Positions 13,031 through 25,147 of a DNA stretch of 64,000 nucleotides are shown in pieces. Position numbers and translations under genes: made by a program. The stretch covers positions 70,370,001 through 70,434,000 of the forward strand of contig OZ024743.1 of NCBI GenBank assembly GCA_964016885.1. The letters are read 5' to 3'. The notes beneath the pieces were generated by a model that saw only the letters and a program-made list of their open reading frames with translations, was not told where the DNA came from and did no database searches. Source of the stretch: Eledone cirrhosa. Taxonomy: Eukaryota. Positions within the stretch are counted from its first letter, which is position 1. Each line of letters starts with the position of its first letter.

Positions 13031-13899
13031 ACACATACATACATACAATTGAATTTTTGTTTAACATTCAAGAAGACGTGACATTTTGTTGATGCTGCAA
13101 GAGGTCAAATCTTCAGAGATACTACGTAAGCGACCTTAAAAGTACGAGTAAACCATTTTAAAACCTGATAAAACAAAACATTGTCTGGCTTTTATTAATA
13201 AAAGAACAAAATCAATTTGTTTTATTTTATGTTTTTTGTCTTTATTTTCTTTTATTGTTTAGTATTTATGTTATTAATAATATATGATGTAAAATTTTAT
13301 TGTTTTTTAATAAATTTCAGTTCGACTGATTATGGAAATGACTTCAGTAAACATAGCATGGTTGAGATATTCACTTCGTTTCAAACTACAGCCTTGTAGC
13401 CTCATGAGTGGTCATCTGACATGCCAGAAATAACAGCCAAATCCACCCCTCGGGAAATCTCTTCAAGTCTGTGATTCGGAAGTTTGCTTCGTAATCGTGT
13501 GTTTTCAGCGGGTTAAACAATGTCTTGTGAAACCAAATTTGTTGGTGGAAAATTGGAAAATGTGAGGAAGTCGATCGTGTATGTATGAATGTATGTATAT
13601 GTGTATATCTGTATGTAGGTATGCATATATGTATTATGTATGTATGCATGTAACCAGCAAAAATAGCCGATGGCACAACACAAGTAAAGAGGATGCTAAA
13701 TCAGTATATCACACCCAGAATATCGCATACATGCCAGTCTTTGCCCCACTGCGGGCAACGAATGAAAACCAGATATCGCATAAGCCCGATTAAATCAAGC
13801 GAAAATGGGATGCGCTGAGAAGTTTACGGGGTTTATATGTTCATTGCATGATGGCACGAGAGCGTGGGCGTGCGGCAGTGGTGAGCTCTTAGAAGTTTC

Positions 13900-15130
13900 C
13901 TCAGTTGAGACCGGCATGAAACTGGGTGATCTACACACTCCGACTTGACCATTTTTCGCAGTTATTTTGTTAAAAACATTCACCGATGTTGGTATATGTA
14001 TACGTTATCAAACAAGAGGAATGCTCCTTATCATCCGACGATTCTTTGCTGCATCAAAAACATATATTGCACTGATACTTGATCTTTATACAGACCGTGA
14101 TTTTGTTAGCCTCACAGAGGAAGTCCTTCAACATCTGAGGCATTGCTTCTTGGCAGCATGTGGACTGACAATCAGCGTCAAATAAACAGTAGTAACCTGC
14201 AAGCTTCTACCCTGAAAGCCATATTTTCCACCATCCATATCTGCCAAAGGGAAAATATTGGAGGTTGTGGTTATGGTCGTCTATCTGGGTAGTATTTTCT
14301 CCAGAACCAGAGGTAAGATACTAGCTGTCGAAAGCTTTGGAGGGATTTGATAAGCTGGAGAAGCGCCTGTGGTCGCAGTCAGATATCTGTTTGCGCACGA
14401 AAGTTGAAGTTCGTCAGGTACGTATGCTTACAGCTTGCTGTATGGATGCCAGATATGGAAAATATATTGTGGCCATGCACAGCGTTTCGAATATGTCAAT
14501 CATCAATGCTAGCACTCCATCCGGCAAGATCTCATAGAGCTCTCATACACCAGACATTGATGTGGTGCGGCGGGCCTGTCGGAAGCATCGAGGCTATAAT
14601 TATGAAACAGTGTCTCCGGTGATTAGGTCACATATTACGACTAGAGGACAGTAGACTCCAAACATAAGTATTGTATGTGGAGCTGTTGCAAGGCAAACCC
14701 CGGCAATGTAAGCCACACAAGCGGTTTAAAGACTGCCTGAAATATACCCTAAAGACCAATATCAACACCGAAACATTGGAAAATCTTGCAACAGAGAGAG
14801 ACCAGCGGCGGAATCTGGTTAAAACCGGTGTTAAGAAATCTGAAAAGAAGCAATGGGCCTATGTTGAATTTAAACGAGCAGCTAAATATATTTTCGAAAG
14901 AGGCTCTTACCTGTGAGGTAATCGGACGTGTATGTATGTCAAAGTCAGGGCTACCAAACCATAACAATTGCCATACACATAGACATAACAACTTTAAATA
15001 CCCCATACACCTAGATTTTACATGTGGAATCTATACTAAAATGTGTCACTTTGCAAGTGGGCTTACACGGCACCACAAAGCATGTCATACCAATCAAACT
15101 CAAGCAGAAGGGAACATTGTGGTATGATAT
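13900..15130 (+). mobile_element. Old, decayed RTE LINE 3' part
   Basis: Fragments GICIRYQT, FDKLEKRLW, ELLQGKPRQCKPHKRFKDCLK and degenerate C2H2 fingers, homologous to the intact RTE. Confidence 0.8.
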
Positions 15131-15977
15131 ATCACTTCCTGGTTTGATGACACATCTAAAGCAGCATAAACGACAGCAACATCAGTAACAGGTTTTTGTT
15201 GGCCTTGTGCTAAATTAGTAGCGATTATTGAAGGCAGGAGCACACCAAGAAAATAATTGTTTCTAATATAAGTGTACTTTACTGGTCCCTCATTCTATCA
15301 ACCCCAGGAAGATGGAGGGTAAAGCTTATCTCGGCGGAATTAGGACTCAGAACGTAAATAGCCGAGAACTAATTTCTACAAAGCATTATGTCCATCCCTT
15401 TAAGTATTCTGTCAATTCACCAACATAATCAACAGTAATATAATGTTTTATATGTTTTATATATCATTGGCACAAGTCTAGCAATTTGGAGGAAGGGGAA
15501 AGTTGATTTAATGGACACGAGTATTTTACTATTAATTTTGTTATCAACCCCGAAAAAATAGAAAAGAAGCTGACTTTCGCGGTATTTGATCTCCGAACTT
15601 AAAAGACCGACTAAAAACGACAAAACTTTCTATCAGAAACTCAAAAGATTCGGCAAAGCCTCCACCCTCTACATAGCGAGGAGAATAATAAGATAAGGAT
15701 AAAGATAAAATATAAATATGTAGGTAGAACAAATTCTGCGTCCTTCAGCTGCCTATGAATATGAAGTGACAAGAATCTCTCTTATGTGTATACAGGTACA
15801 GACAGATAAAAGGTGACCTGCGTGGGTGGATGTAGGAAGATAGACGATGAAGTAGGAGGAAGGAGATGAGATAGGAGTGGAGGAGTGACTGATTAGAGAT
15901 AGATAATTGTTAGGAAATGGGTGGAGATAAGGACAGCATGTAAATACCTCGTCATCTGACCGACATTGGAATTCCAT

Positions 15978-16022
<45 letters not shown>

Positions 16023-16070
16023 CATATATACATATATATATATATACATATATATATTTATTTATTTATT

Positions 16071-16102
<32 letters not shown>

Positions 16103-16310
16103 CATTTATTTATGTATGTATATATATATGTGTGAGTGTGTATGTGTGAGTGTGTGTGTTTGTATACAGACACACATACACATATATATATGAACATATA
16201 ATATACGCCACCCATATTGCACCCTTTTAAACTTTATTATCAGATCTGACTAGGTATTTTACAAATATGGTATTGTCAGTATATGTGTAAGTATATATAC
16301 ATATATATAC

Positions 16311-16355
<45 letters not shown>

Positions 16356-16434
16356 TATAGGCGTACATATATATATACACATACATATATATATAAGATA
16401 TATATATATATACATATATACATGTATGTATATG

Positions 16435-16482
<48 letters not shown>

Positions 16483-16498
16483 AATACGTATATGTACG

Positions 16499-16562
<64 letters not shown>

Positions 16563-16740
16563 TATATATCTGTATGTGTAAGTGTGTGAGCGTGTGTCTG
16601 TGTACATTCTTGTCTGGGTGTGTTAGCGCATATGACAAGCTGTAAAATTTAGTTACTGACGTAACCCAATTTCGGAGAGGAATGTCACGAGGAACAAATA
16701 TATAGAGAGATGTCATTACAAATATGTATATATATATATA

Positions 16741-16931
16741 TAGGAACGAGTAGGACCCCGACGGCTGAGCTCGAGACGTTTCGACGGCTAATTTTGGCCT
16801 GTATTATCCGTCGAAACGGCTAGAGCTCAGCCGTCGGGGTCCTACTCGTTCCTATTACCTACTCTACTACCCTAAGTATTGAGTACTTTGGTGCGTTATG
16901 ATCCATCTAGTTCGTTACCACATTTCCTTCG

Positions 16932-16933
<2 letters not shown>
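16741..16933. mobile_element. Miniature hairpin element family A, copy 2
   Basis: IR 16741-16854 and tail to 16933; GAAA-cggc..gccg-TC-ggggtc; (TA)n flanks. Confidence 0.8.
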
Positions 16934-16987
<54 letters not shown>

Positions 16988-17137
16988 ATATTTGGGGAGG
17001 GTCATATTTGCGTAATATTGCCAGAATTAATAACAGAACACACTCACTGTTTGGTTGGTTTTCACTTCTCGCTGTCTTTTATATATATATATCTGCGATC
17101 TAACTTACTCGGTCCTCAATGTTGCCATATATATCAA

Positions 17138-17218
17138 GAAGAAGTTTATGAAACGGAAATGCGGGTGTAAAGATATATAAATTCTTTATACCCGCATTTC
17201 CGTTTCATAAACTTCTTC
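17138..17218. repeat. 36-bp-arm inverted repeat inside a (TA)n-flanked insert (~17092-17330)
   Basis: gaagaagtttatgaaacggaaatgcgggtgtaaaga / tctttatacccgcatttccgtttcataaacttcttc. Confidence 0.8.
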
Positions 17219-17382
17219 AAATTTTCTCCGGATTTTAAAACACACTTTATTATACGTTGAGCAATCTCCGACGTCGGTTGACTGCATCCAATGCGACTAC
17301 TTAGTAACATTGGAATACAGATTTATTACTATATATATATATATAAATATATATAATATATATATATATATATAAATTTATA

Positions 17383-17512
<130 letters not shown>

Positions 17513-17541
17513 AATATAGAAATTTATAAATATATATATAT

Positions 17542-17634
17542 AAATATTTGCTCTACGGTTCTTATATATTTGATATATATTTATCCTTATCGAGCCCTCT
17601 TTGGATTTTAGTCTTCAAATTTATTATTATTACT
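17542..17634 (+). mobile_element. Solo tail of the element at 49573-50295
   Basis: Reverse complement of 49573-49665. Confidence 0.8.
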
Positions 17635-17646
17635 ATATATATATAT

Positions 17647-17711
<65 letters not shown>

Positions 17712-17934
17712 TGTGAGAAAAACCACAAACCCTCCACCTCAATTCTACTTTTGAAAAGCAGAACTGTGAAACCGGTAAATGAAACAAATAAATATATATA
17801 TTTTTTTTAAATGTCTCCAGTTGCATTTTCGATTTCATCTTTATTCCTTATACTTTCACTCGTGTAGGACACCTCGGTTATTTTTCATTTTGTAAAAAAA
17901 AACCTCACTCTCTAATATATATATATATTCTAGG

Positions 17935-18355
<421 letters not shown>

Positions 18356-18672
18356 CATATATATATATAATAATACATATAATGCTGTCTATGACATAAA
18401 TATCATTAGGTTATGTCAGGTGCTTGGTCATTCAGATATGATAAAATACAGATATATATCTATAATATATACATACATAGTCATAGACACGTACAAGGAT
18501 ACATACATACATACATACATACATACATACATACATACATTCATACATACATACATACATACATACATACATACATACATACATACATACATACATACAT
18601 ACATGATGGCTGCCCCCTCGTTATCGAGTATGGCCATTGCACAATAAAAAAAAAAAAAATAAAAAAAAAAAA

Positions 18673-18728
<56 letters not shown>

Positions 18729-18976
18729 TTTCTTTATTAACCACAAGGGTTTACATAAAGTAGACATTAAGGACAGTGCAGGACAATGCAGGACGGTACA
18801 AATGGGCATTTCTGCGTGTAAAAAACAAAAACAGAGGATGTAACAAAAAATAACAATGAAAAATTCCCCAATAGGGGGGAGACTTCGGAGGGACATTTGT
18901 GGAGAAAGCCCAGTAAAAAGCCACAATGACCCTGACCACCAAGGCAAGTGCCCTCTCCCAGTTTTCCACCTTTAAT

Positions 18977-21900
18977 TTACAGATATATGCTCAGAGTAGG
19001 CCCATTCACTCGGGCCATTCTTGCTTCTCTCACCCATCTTTCAACAAAATGCTGGGAAGAGAGCACTTCTCTCTCTACTCTGATTTTCCTTTTCAAATGA
19101 AATTTGAAAAAGTCAATCAGAGCATCACCGAAGAGGTAAGTGCTCGTCTTCAGCCCTTTCAAACGTGTCCACCATACTATCTCTTTCGCCATGGCCACCA
19201 GGCAGATAAAAACTGCCTGCCCTTCCCGGCTAAAGGAGGAGGGCGGGGCAATCCTCACGATGGACTCAGATGATAGCCGGATCCGTCCTAAACGCGACAG
19301 CAGGTGTTCGACATAAACCCACAAGTCAGCAATTTTCGGACACTGGACGAGTGCGTGCAGGACGGTTTCGTCGCCCTGCGCGCATCTCGGACATGCCCGG
19401 CTGACGGCACCTCCATGCCTGCAGAGTTTATCCCGAACTGGCAAGGCTCCTCGGTAGCACTGCCAGGCCAGAGATTTCTGGAAGTTGTCCATAGGCCCTG
19501 GCCCGAAAGTTCTTCCGAAGAGATTGGCTAGTTGATTTTCGTCGACGCCTAGAGTTTCCCCAAGTACGTCGTCGCTCTTCCCCTCCACTAATCCTCTATA
19601 GAACGCCGAGGTGGAGTTTCCACCGATCACATTGCCCGATTGGTCGAGGGCTGTGAGCGCCTGAAGACATTCCAGTCTCCAGGCGCTCCCTCTCGGTCTT
19701 CGCTTGACCCAGGACTGCAGCTCCGTCAAGGAAACGAGCTGGGGAAAAACGCGTCTAGCAAACGGCGACCACACCTGATCACCGTCGAGGAAGAGGTGGA
19801 GATGTCGTAGCCTGAGCGCGTGCCTGCGCATCATCAGCCACGGCATGCCCAGCCCTCCACGTAGCGGGTGTTGACAACAGATGGACCGCCTGACCATCGG
19901 AGCACGTCCCTTCCACAAAAAGCGAAAGAGCAAACGCTCCAGCGCAGTCAGGCGAGGCTTAGGACAAGGTACGACGGTTAGGCGGTAGCAGATGACAGAC
20001 GCGATGTACGCGTTAGCCACCTCCGCTCGACCTTTCAGGGATAGCTTCCTCTCCGCCCATTTCTGGGTGAGAGAAGCCACCCTGCTCGTCACCTCGTCCC
20101 AGTTTTTGTCCGTCTGGAGGTCCGGACCGAACCAGACCCCTAGCAATTTAACCGGTCCGTCCGTCCAGCGCCCGACGACGCTGTTGGACGGCATGGACCT
20201 GCCTCTCCAGGTGCCGAGCTGCAGGCCCACTGACTTTTCCTGGTTGATCATTGCTCCTGTCACCGCTTCGTATTCTCTTAGTGTAGTGCCGATCGCCTCG
20301 ATGTGTTTGGCGTTCGACACCACTACGGTGACATCGTCCGCATATGCTGACACGGATCTTCCGCATCCTAGTTCGCGCGGGACTCCCCTCAACGTCTCCA
20401 GTTTGTGCAGTAATGGCTCGAGAGTCAATACGTACAAGAGGGACGAGAGGGGACATCCTTGGCGGACCGAGCGCATGATGTTGAACGGTTCCGACAGGTG
20501 ACCGTTCACTCTCACCACAGAGCAGATGTCGCTGTGCATGGCAGCGATCCAGCCTCTGAAGACGGGCCCAAAGCCAGCCGCCCTCAGGACTGCCGCTAGG
20601 TAACGATGGTCGACCCTATCGAAAGCTTTCGACTGATCTAAATTGATCAAGGACCCACCCGTGCCAGGTTCCCTAGCTACCCTCTCTACGATGTATCGCA
20701 TGAGGTGGAGGTTGTCGTGGATGGATCTGTCGGGAATGGCGCATGTCTGCGCCTCTCCCACCAGACCACCAACGACAAGCGCCAACCTCTTTGCTAGCAC
20801 CTTGGCCAAAATCTTAAACTCTGTGTTTAGCAGAGTTATGGGCCGGAAATTGTCTATGTTATCCCCCTTGTTCGGATCCTTTCTCAGCAGTGCCACCGCT
20901 CCTCGGCTCACAGAACTGGGAATTCTCCCGTTCTGTTGCCAGTTGCAGTAGACGTCCGCCAAGAGGCCTCCGAACAAGTCTGGCATCTGTACGTAAAGTT
21001 CATAGGGCAGACCATCCAAACCAGGCGATTTACCCCTTGTGCAGCCAGTCATTGCCTCCCGTACTTCAGCGGCTGTTATCGGCTTTTCGCAACACCTCGC
21101 CTCAGTGGCCGAGAGCCGCGGCAGTCCGTCGAGGTAGACACTAAAGTCCATCCCTCTACCCGGCCCCCCGCTGCCCCCGAACAGCTGAGCGAAGTGTCGC
21201 TGAAAAGCTTCACACATTTGCCCGGGATCGAGTAGCATGCGCTCGTCGTGGTCCACCAAAGACCGGATCGTGGCTTTGTTGCCACGACGCGCCTCCGCCA
21301 CTCGGGCCCATTGAACGGCTTTCGTCCCCTCGTGTCTGAGAGCACGCACCCTAGCTCTGACAACGCAGCCTTCGTGCTTTGCATTGAAGAATTGGTCAAG
21401 GGCCAATTTCGCCGCAAGCACGTCGGTCGCAATGCCTTTGCTAAGCGCCTCGTCTAATTTTCTAACTAGTTCTCCCTCTGCTCTATTTTTCTCTATTGCT
21501 AAAGCCTTACTAAACCTAATCGATTCTATTCTAATCGCTCTTTTCAGAGCAAACCACCACTTGTTGTTGACGATGGCCCCCGTCAACGCCCGCTTAACTA
21601 GTTCGCTAATCCGGTCTCTGTAGGCCTTGCGCGCTGGTAAGGACGCGTTTAGCTTCCAGTAGCCGGGTCCTCGTCTATGAAGCCTATCTAAGTCAAGCAC
21701 ACAGGTCACGAATTTGTGGTCCGTGTAGCTGACTATCTTGAATTGTGGACAGCCTATGCTAGACCTATCTATTTCCCTACAAAATACTCTATCTAGATAT
21801 GATCTGGATGACCCTATGCGGTTTGTCCAAGTCCACATTGGCACATTCGGGAAATCCAATCGGTACCTGTCAGACAGTTCAAAACGCCTGAGCAGGTTGG

Positions 21901-22396
21901 TGAGGCTCTTGCACCCTCCACCCCTATCCGCTAATCCCACACAGTCCCAGCGTGCATCTAAGATCCCGTTCCAGTCGCCCACTAACACTAAAGAGCGGGA
22001 CGTTCCAAGAAAGGTCTCCAGACGCCGGAAGAAATCAGGCCGCCCTGCTCCTGTCGGGGCATAGACGGCCACTAGCCTGAAAGCTTGCCCGTCTCCGCTG
22101 GTCACGTCCAGCACCACCAGCTTACCCTCTGGGTCCAGGAAGATGGCCCGTATGGCGAGATCCAAACCTCTCCGAAAAAGCACAGCAACTCCTCCACCCG
22201 ATCCAGGACGGCTGGGAGATGCGTACACATCGTAGCCGCCGAAGATCGGTGCGAAGGCCCGTGCTTCGGAGATTCTGGTCTCGCTGATGGCCACTACATC
22301 TATGTTTAGTGACCTGAGGTCGTTGAGCAGGTGACCCTGCTTCCATGACGACCCCAAGCCACGCGCATTTATGCTGCCTATTCTGAGTGAGGTCAT
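18977..22396 (-). CDS. Tx1 ORF2: APE endonuclease + RT + C-terminal Cys/His motif (1139 aa)
   Basis: SINARGL, AISET, GDWN, SYLDR, TDH; NFRPITLLN, LDQSKAFDRV, RQGCPLS, YADD; CPRC..ETVLHALVQC. Confidence 0.95.
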   Translation of the reverse strand: MTSLRIGSINARGLGSSWKQGHLLNDLRSLNIDVVAISETRISEARAFAPIFGGYDVYASPSRPGSGGGVAVLFRRGLDLAIRAIFLDPEGKLVVLDVTSGDGQAFRLVAVYAPTGAGRPDFFRRLETFLGTSRSLVLVGDWNGILDARWDCVGLADRGGGCKSLTNLLRRFELSDRYRLDFPNVPMWTWTNRIGSSRSYLDRVFCREIDRSSIGCPQFKIVSYTDHKFVTCVLDLDRLHRRGPGYWKLNASLPARKAYRDRISELVKRALTGAIVNNKWWFALKRAIRIESIRFSKALAIEKNRAEGELVRKLDEALSKGIATDVLAAKLALDQFFNAKHEGCVVRARVRALRHEGTKAVQWARVAEARRGNKATIRSLVDHDERMLLDPGQMCEAFQRHFAQLFGGSGGPGRGMDFSVYLDGLPRLSATEARCCEKPITAAEVREAMTGCTRGKSPGLDGLPYELYVQMPDLFGGLLADVYCNWQQNGRIPSSVSRGAVALLRKDPNKGDNIDNFRPITLLNTEFKILAKVLAKRLALVVGGLVGEAQTCAIPDRSIHDNLHLMRYIVERVAREPGTGGSLINLDQSKAFDRVDHRYLAAVLRAAGFGPVFRGWIAAMHSDICSVVRVNGHLSEPFNIMRSVRQGCPLSSLLYVLTLEPLLHKLETLRGVPRELGCGRSVSAYADDVTVVVSNAKHIEAIGTTLREYEAVTGAMINQEKSVGLQLGTWRGRSMPSNSVVGRWTDGPVKLLGVWFGPDLQTDKNWDEVTSRVASLTQKWAERKLSLKGRAEVANAYIASVICYRLTVVPCPKPRLTALERLLFRFLWKGRAPMVRRSICCQHPLRGGLGMPWLMMRRHALRLRHLHLFLDGDQVWSPFARRVFPQLVSLTELQSWVKRRPRGSAWRLECLQALTALDQSGNVIGGNSTSAFYRGLVEGKSDDVLGETLGVDENQLANLFGRTFGPGPMDNFQKSLAWQCYRGALPVRDKLCRHGGAVSRACPRCAQGDETVLHALVQCPKIADLWVYVEHLLSRLGRIRLSSESIVRIAPPSSFSREGQAVFICLVAMAKEIVWWTRLKGLKTSTYLFGDALIDFFKFHLKRKIRVEREVLSSQHFVERWVREARMARVNGPTLSIYL

Positions 22397-22618
22397 GTTT
22401 AAAATAGAGTGGAAAAGATGGGAAAGACCACTTACCGTACTTTTGGTAGAGGAGGGATGGTTTTTAAATCCCTTTTCACTTGATCGTCTGGTGAAGGGAC
22501 CGTTGAATCGTCCCTTCGACTGGTCGTCGGCTCTTCTAAGAGAATGTCTGAGTATACTCTTCGATTGATGGTTCCTCCTAGGTCCCTGAAATCACCAACT
22601 GCGTTGGGGAATTTCGTT

Positions 22619-24529
22619 TTAATGTTTGTGTATTGTTTCTGTGCTATTTTTTAGCAGTCTTATGTTAGTTGGCGTTTTGATTGGTGCTGGTATTATGTAG
22701 TCCTGTTGTGAAATGTCTGTGTGTTCAATTATGTAAGTCATTAGTTTCTTGTTGTGTGTATTTATTGCCGTGCATTTGTTTTTCTGGGGGTGGGGTGTGG
22801 TTCTGCTATTTTCTTGTCGTTGTTGCTGGGTGTGTGTGTTTTGTTGTTGTGTTTGCGATGTTGGTGCTTGTGGTGGTGGTGTTGAAGGTGTTGTTGGCGG
22901 TGGGGTTGTCGCCGGTGGTGATGGTGGCGCTAGTGTGGGTGGTGATGGTGTTGGTGTTGTTGCTGCTGTGGGTCTCTTTGCAGTAGACTTTACCCTTTTC
23001 TCATTTCTTTCCTCACTTTTCAAAGGCGACGATGCGCTGCTTCTGCGTTTGTGCCTTCTTACGACCTTTTGCCATCTCTCTCCCACCTCACACTCCATGT
23101 CTGATTCTGTGAGGTCGGGGAGGGGTACCAACTCCACTCTTTCACTTGTTGTTGTTGGTGATGTTTGCACTGGAGTCTCTGTTGCAGCTGCATTTGGTAT
23201 TGCTGTTGTTGTTGTTAGTATTTCCACTGCTGCTGCTGTTTTTGATTTCCGTGGAGTGGGTATGGGTGCCACGGGCCTATCGTTCCTGGTTGCCGCTTGT
23301 CCTGTTGCTGGTAGCCGTGGAGCCGGATTCGGAAGGAGGGGGGTTTTCTCCTTTCTCAGGGTCTTCTCGTTGCAGAAGGCCCTGAGGTGAGTCTTCGATC
23401 CACAGCGAAAGCATTTCGGGCGTTTGCCTTCAACACTTATGGGCAGTTGAGTGCCGTTATCGAAGTCTATCACATCCGGGATAGCTTCGATGCACTCCTG
23501 GTTGGTTTGGATTAGCATCTCAATGGAGGAGCCGACCCAATCTTCTCTTACTTTTTTCTGTACTTGCAGTACAGTTGTTTTGTCCTCGATTCCGACGAGG
23601 ACAGACGCGGCCAGCCAAGAAGGGGTCATTCCGGGGGGGACGTGGGTCAGTTTGACCCTCACAATTTTTTGCGCGCAGTAGGAGGGCACCAACACCATTT
23701 CCTCGCTCCTTAGGGTCACTACTGATTGGGCCTTTGCCTCCTGGGGTGTGGCAAAAAGTACGTCTACGGTGGCGTATTTTTTGCCTCGGGTGATGTGCGT
23801 TTTCCTCTGCCACACAGACCCCAAGGCTTTTTGTATTTGGGCCTCTGTGGCTCTTTCCACCCTACGGGATTTTGTACTTACTGTACGGTACGTGACCGTA
23901 CAGTGCTCTTGGGTTTCGAAAAAATTTTTCGCTGCCTTGCAGATTGCTCGGTGTCCGTTCTTTGTCACCATCTTCTTCGCTTCCTCTAATTCCTCATTTG
24001 TTATGAGGATTGTTTCCAGGTTTTTCGCAATACCTGCAAATGAGATTGGTTTTTCTCTGCTGTTGTTGTTGTCGTCAGAGCTGCTGGTACTTTTGTTGTT
24101 GCTGCAGGTACTACGACTACTGCCTCCGCCGCTGTTGCTGTGGTTGTTGTTGGTGTTGCTGCTGCTAATGCTGTTGTTGTTTATGCTGCTGGTGATGCTG
24201 TTGCGGCTGCTACTGTTGTTTTCATTGTCACTGTTGCTGTTGTTATTACGGCTGCTACTGCTATTATTCCTGACGTCAGACGAATGAACTGGGTTTTCGT
24301 ATTTCCCGCACACCTGTTTCGTCGCTGTCGTCGTCGTCGTGGAGAAACCTTGCACGCTTTGCACGAGACTTTTCTTTTCTTTCGTCACTTGCGAAAGAGA
24401 AGGGAGGGAGAGAGACACATTTAAAGAAGGGAGGGAGAGAGACAATCTTCTCTCTGCTGTAGTGATGATTGAGGAAGAAGAAGACGGAATGAGTGGGAGT
24501 GACGTATGAAATTTCTTTTTGGTAGCCAT
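22619..24529 (-). CDS. Tx1 ORF1: gag-like protein with zinc knuckle
   Basis: ATG at 24529; CFRCGSKTHLRAFC (CX2CX4HX4C); low-complexity N/S and P/T tracts; lies upstream of ORF2. Confidence 0.88.
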   Translation of the reverse strand: MATKKKFHTSLPLIPSSSSSIITTAERRLSLSLPSLNVSLSLPSLSQVTKEKKSLVQSVQGFSTTTTTATKQVCGKYENPVHSSDVRNNSSSSRNNNSNSDNENNSSSRNSITSSINNNSISSSNTNNNHSNSGGGSSRSTCSNNKSTSSSDDNNNSREKPISFAGIAKNLETILITNEELEEAKKMVTKNGHRAICKAAKNFFETQEHCTVTYRTVSTKSRRVERATEAQIQKALGSVWQRKTHITRGKKYATVDVLFATPQEAKAQSVVTLRSEEMVLVPSYCAQKIVRVKLTHVPPGMTPSWLAASVLVGIEDKTTVLQVQKKVREDWVGSSIEMLIQTNQECIEAIPDVIDFDNGTQLPISVEGKRPKCFRCGSKTHLRAFCNEKTLRKEKTPLLPNPAPRLPATGQAATRNDRPVAPIPTPRKSKTAAAVEILTTTTAIPNAAATETPVQTSPTTTSERVELVPLPDLTESDMECEVGERWQKVVRRHKRRSSASSPLKSEERNEKRVKSTAKRPTAATTPTPSPPTLAPPSPPATTPPPTTPSTPPPQAPTSQTQQQNTHTQQQRQENSRTTPHPQKNKCTAINTHNKKLMTYIIEHTDISQQDYIIPAPIKTPTNIRLLKNSTETIHKH

Positions 24530-24742
24530 GTTTTTTTGTTTAAAATGAAATTTTGGGTACAAAACCCCAATAACTGGTTATTTAACCCCGAAGGGCCAAA
24601 TAACGGACAGAAAGACCCCTCTCACGAGGAGGAGGGTGTCTTTATCAACAATTTGGTTCAAGTTTTAAACAATTTACAATTGTTTTAACGGTTAAAAATT
24701 ACTATACCTTACAGAGCCGAGCCTCCGTCAACCATGGCATTC

Positions 24743-24804
<62 letters not shown>

Positions 24805-24812
24805 GGGAAAAG

Positions 24813-24843
<31 letters not shown>

Positions 24844-24967
24844 TATATACATATATATATATATACACATATATATACACACACACATACATACACATAC
24901 ATACATATATACACACACACATACATACACATACACTCACACATATATACACACATACATTAATAAC

Positions 24968-25028
<61 letters not shown>

Positions 25029-25147
25029 GCAATAATAATAATAACGACAACAACAATAATAATATACATATTCATATATATATACACACACACGCACGCA
25101 CATAAGCATATCTACACACACACACACACACAAACACACGATAGCAA

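Larger units (their letters stand above)
18727..24742 (-). mobile_element. Full-length Tx1-clade LINE inserted in (ATT)n
   Basis: Two ORFs, 5' UTR, 3' UTR ending AATAAAgaaatc followed by (ATT)n; (ATT)n also at the 5' end. Confidence 0.92.
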
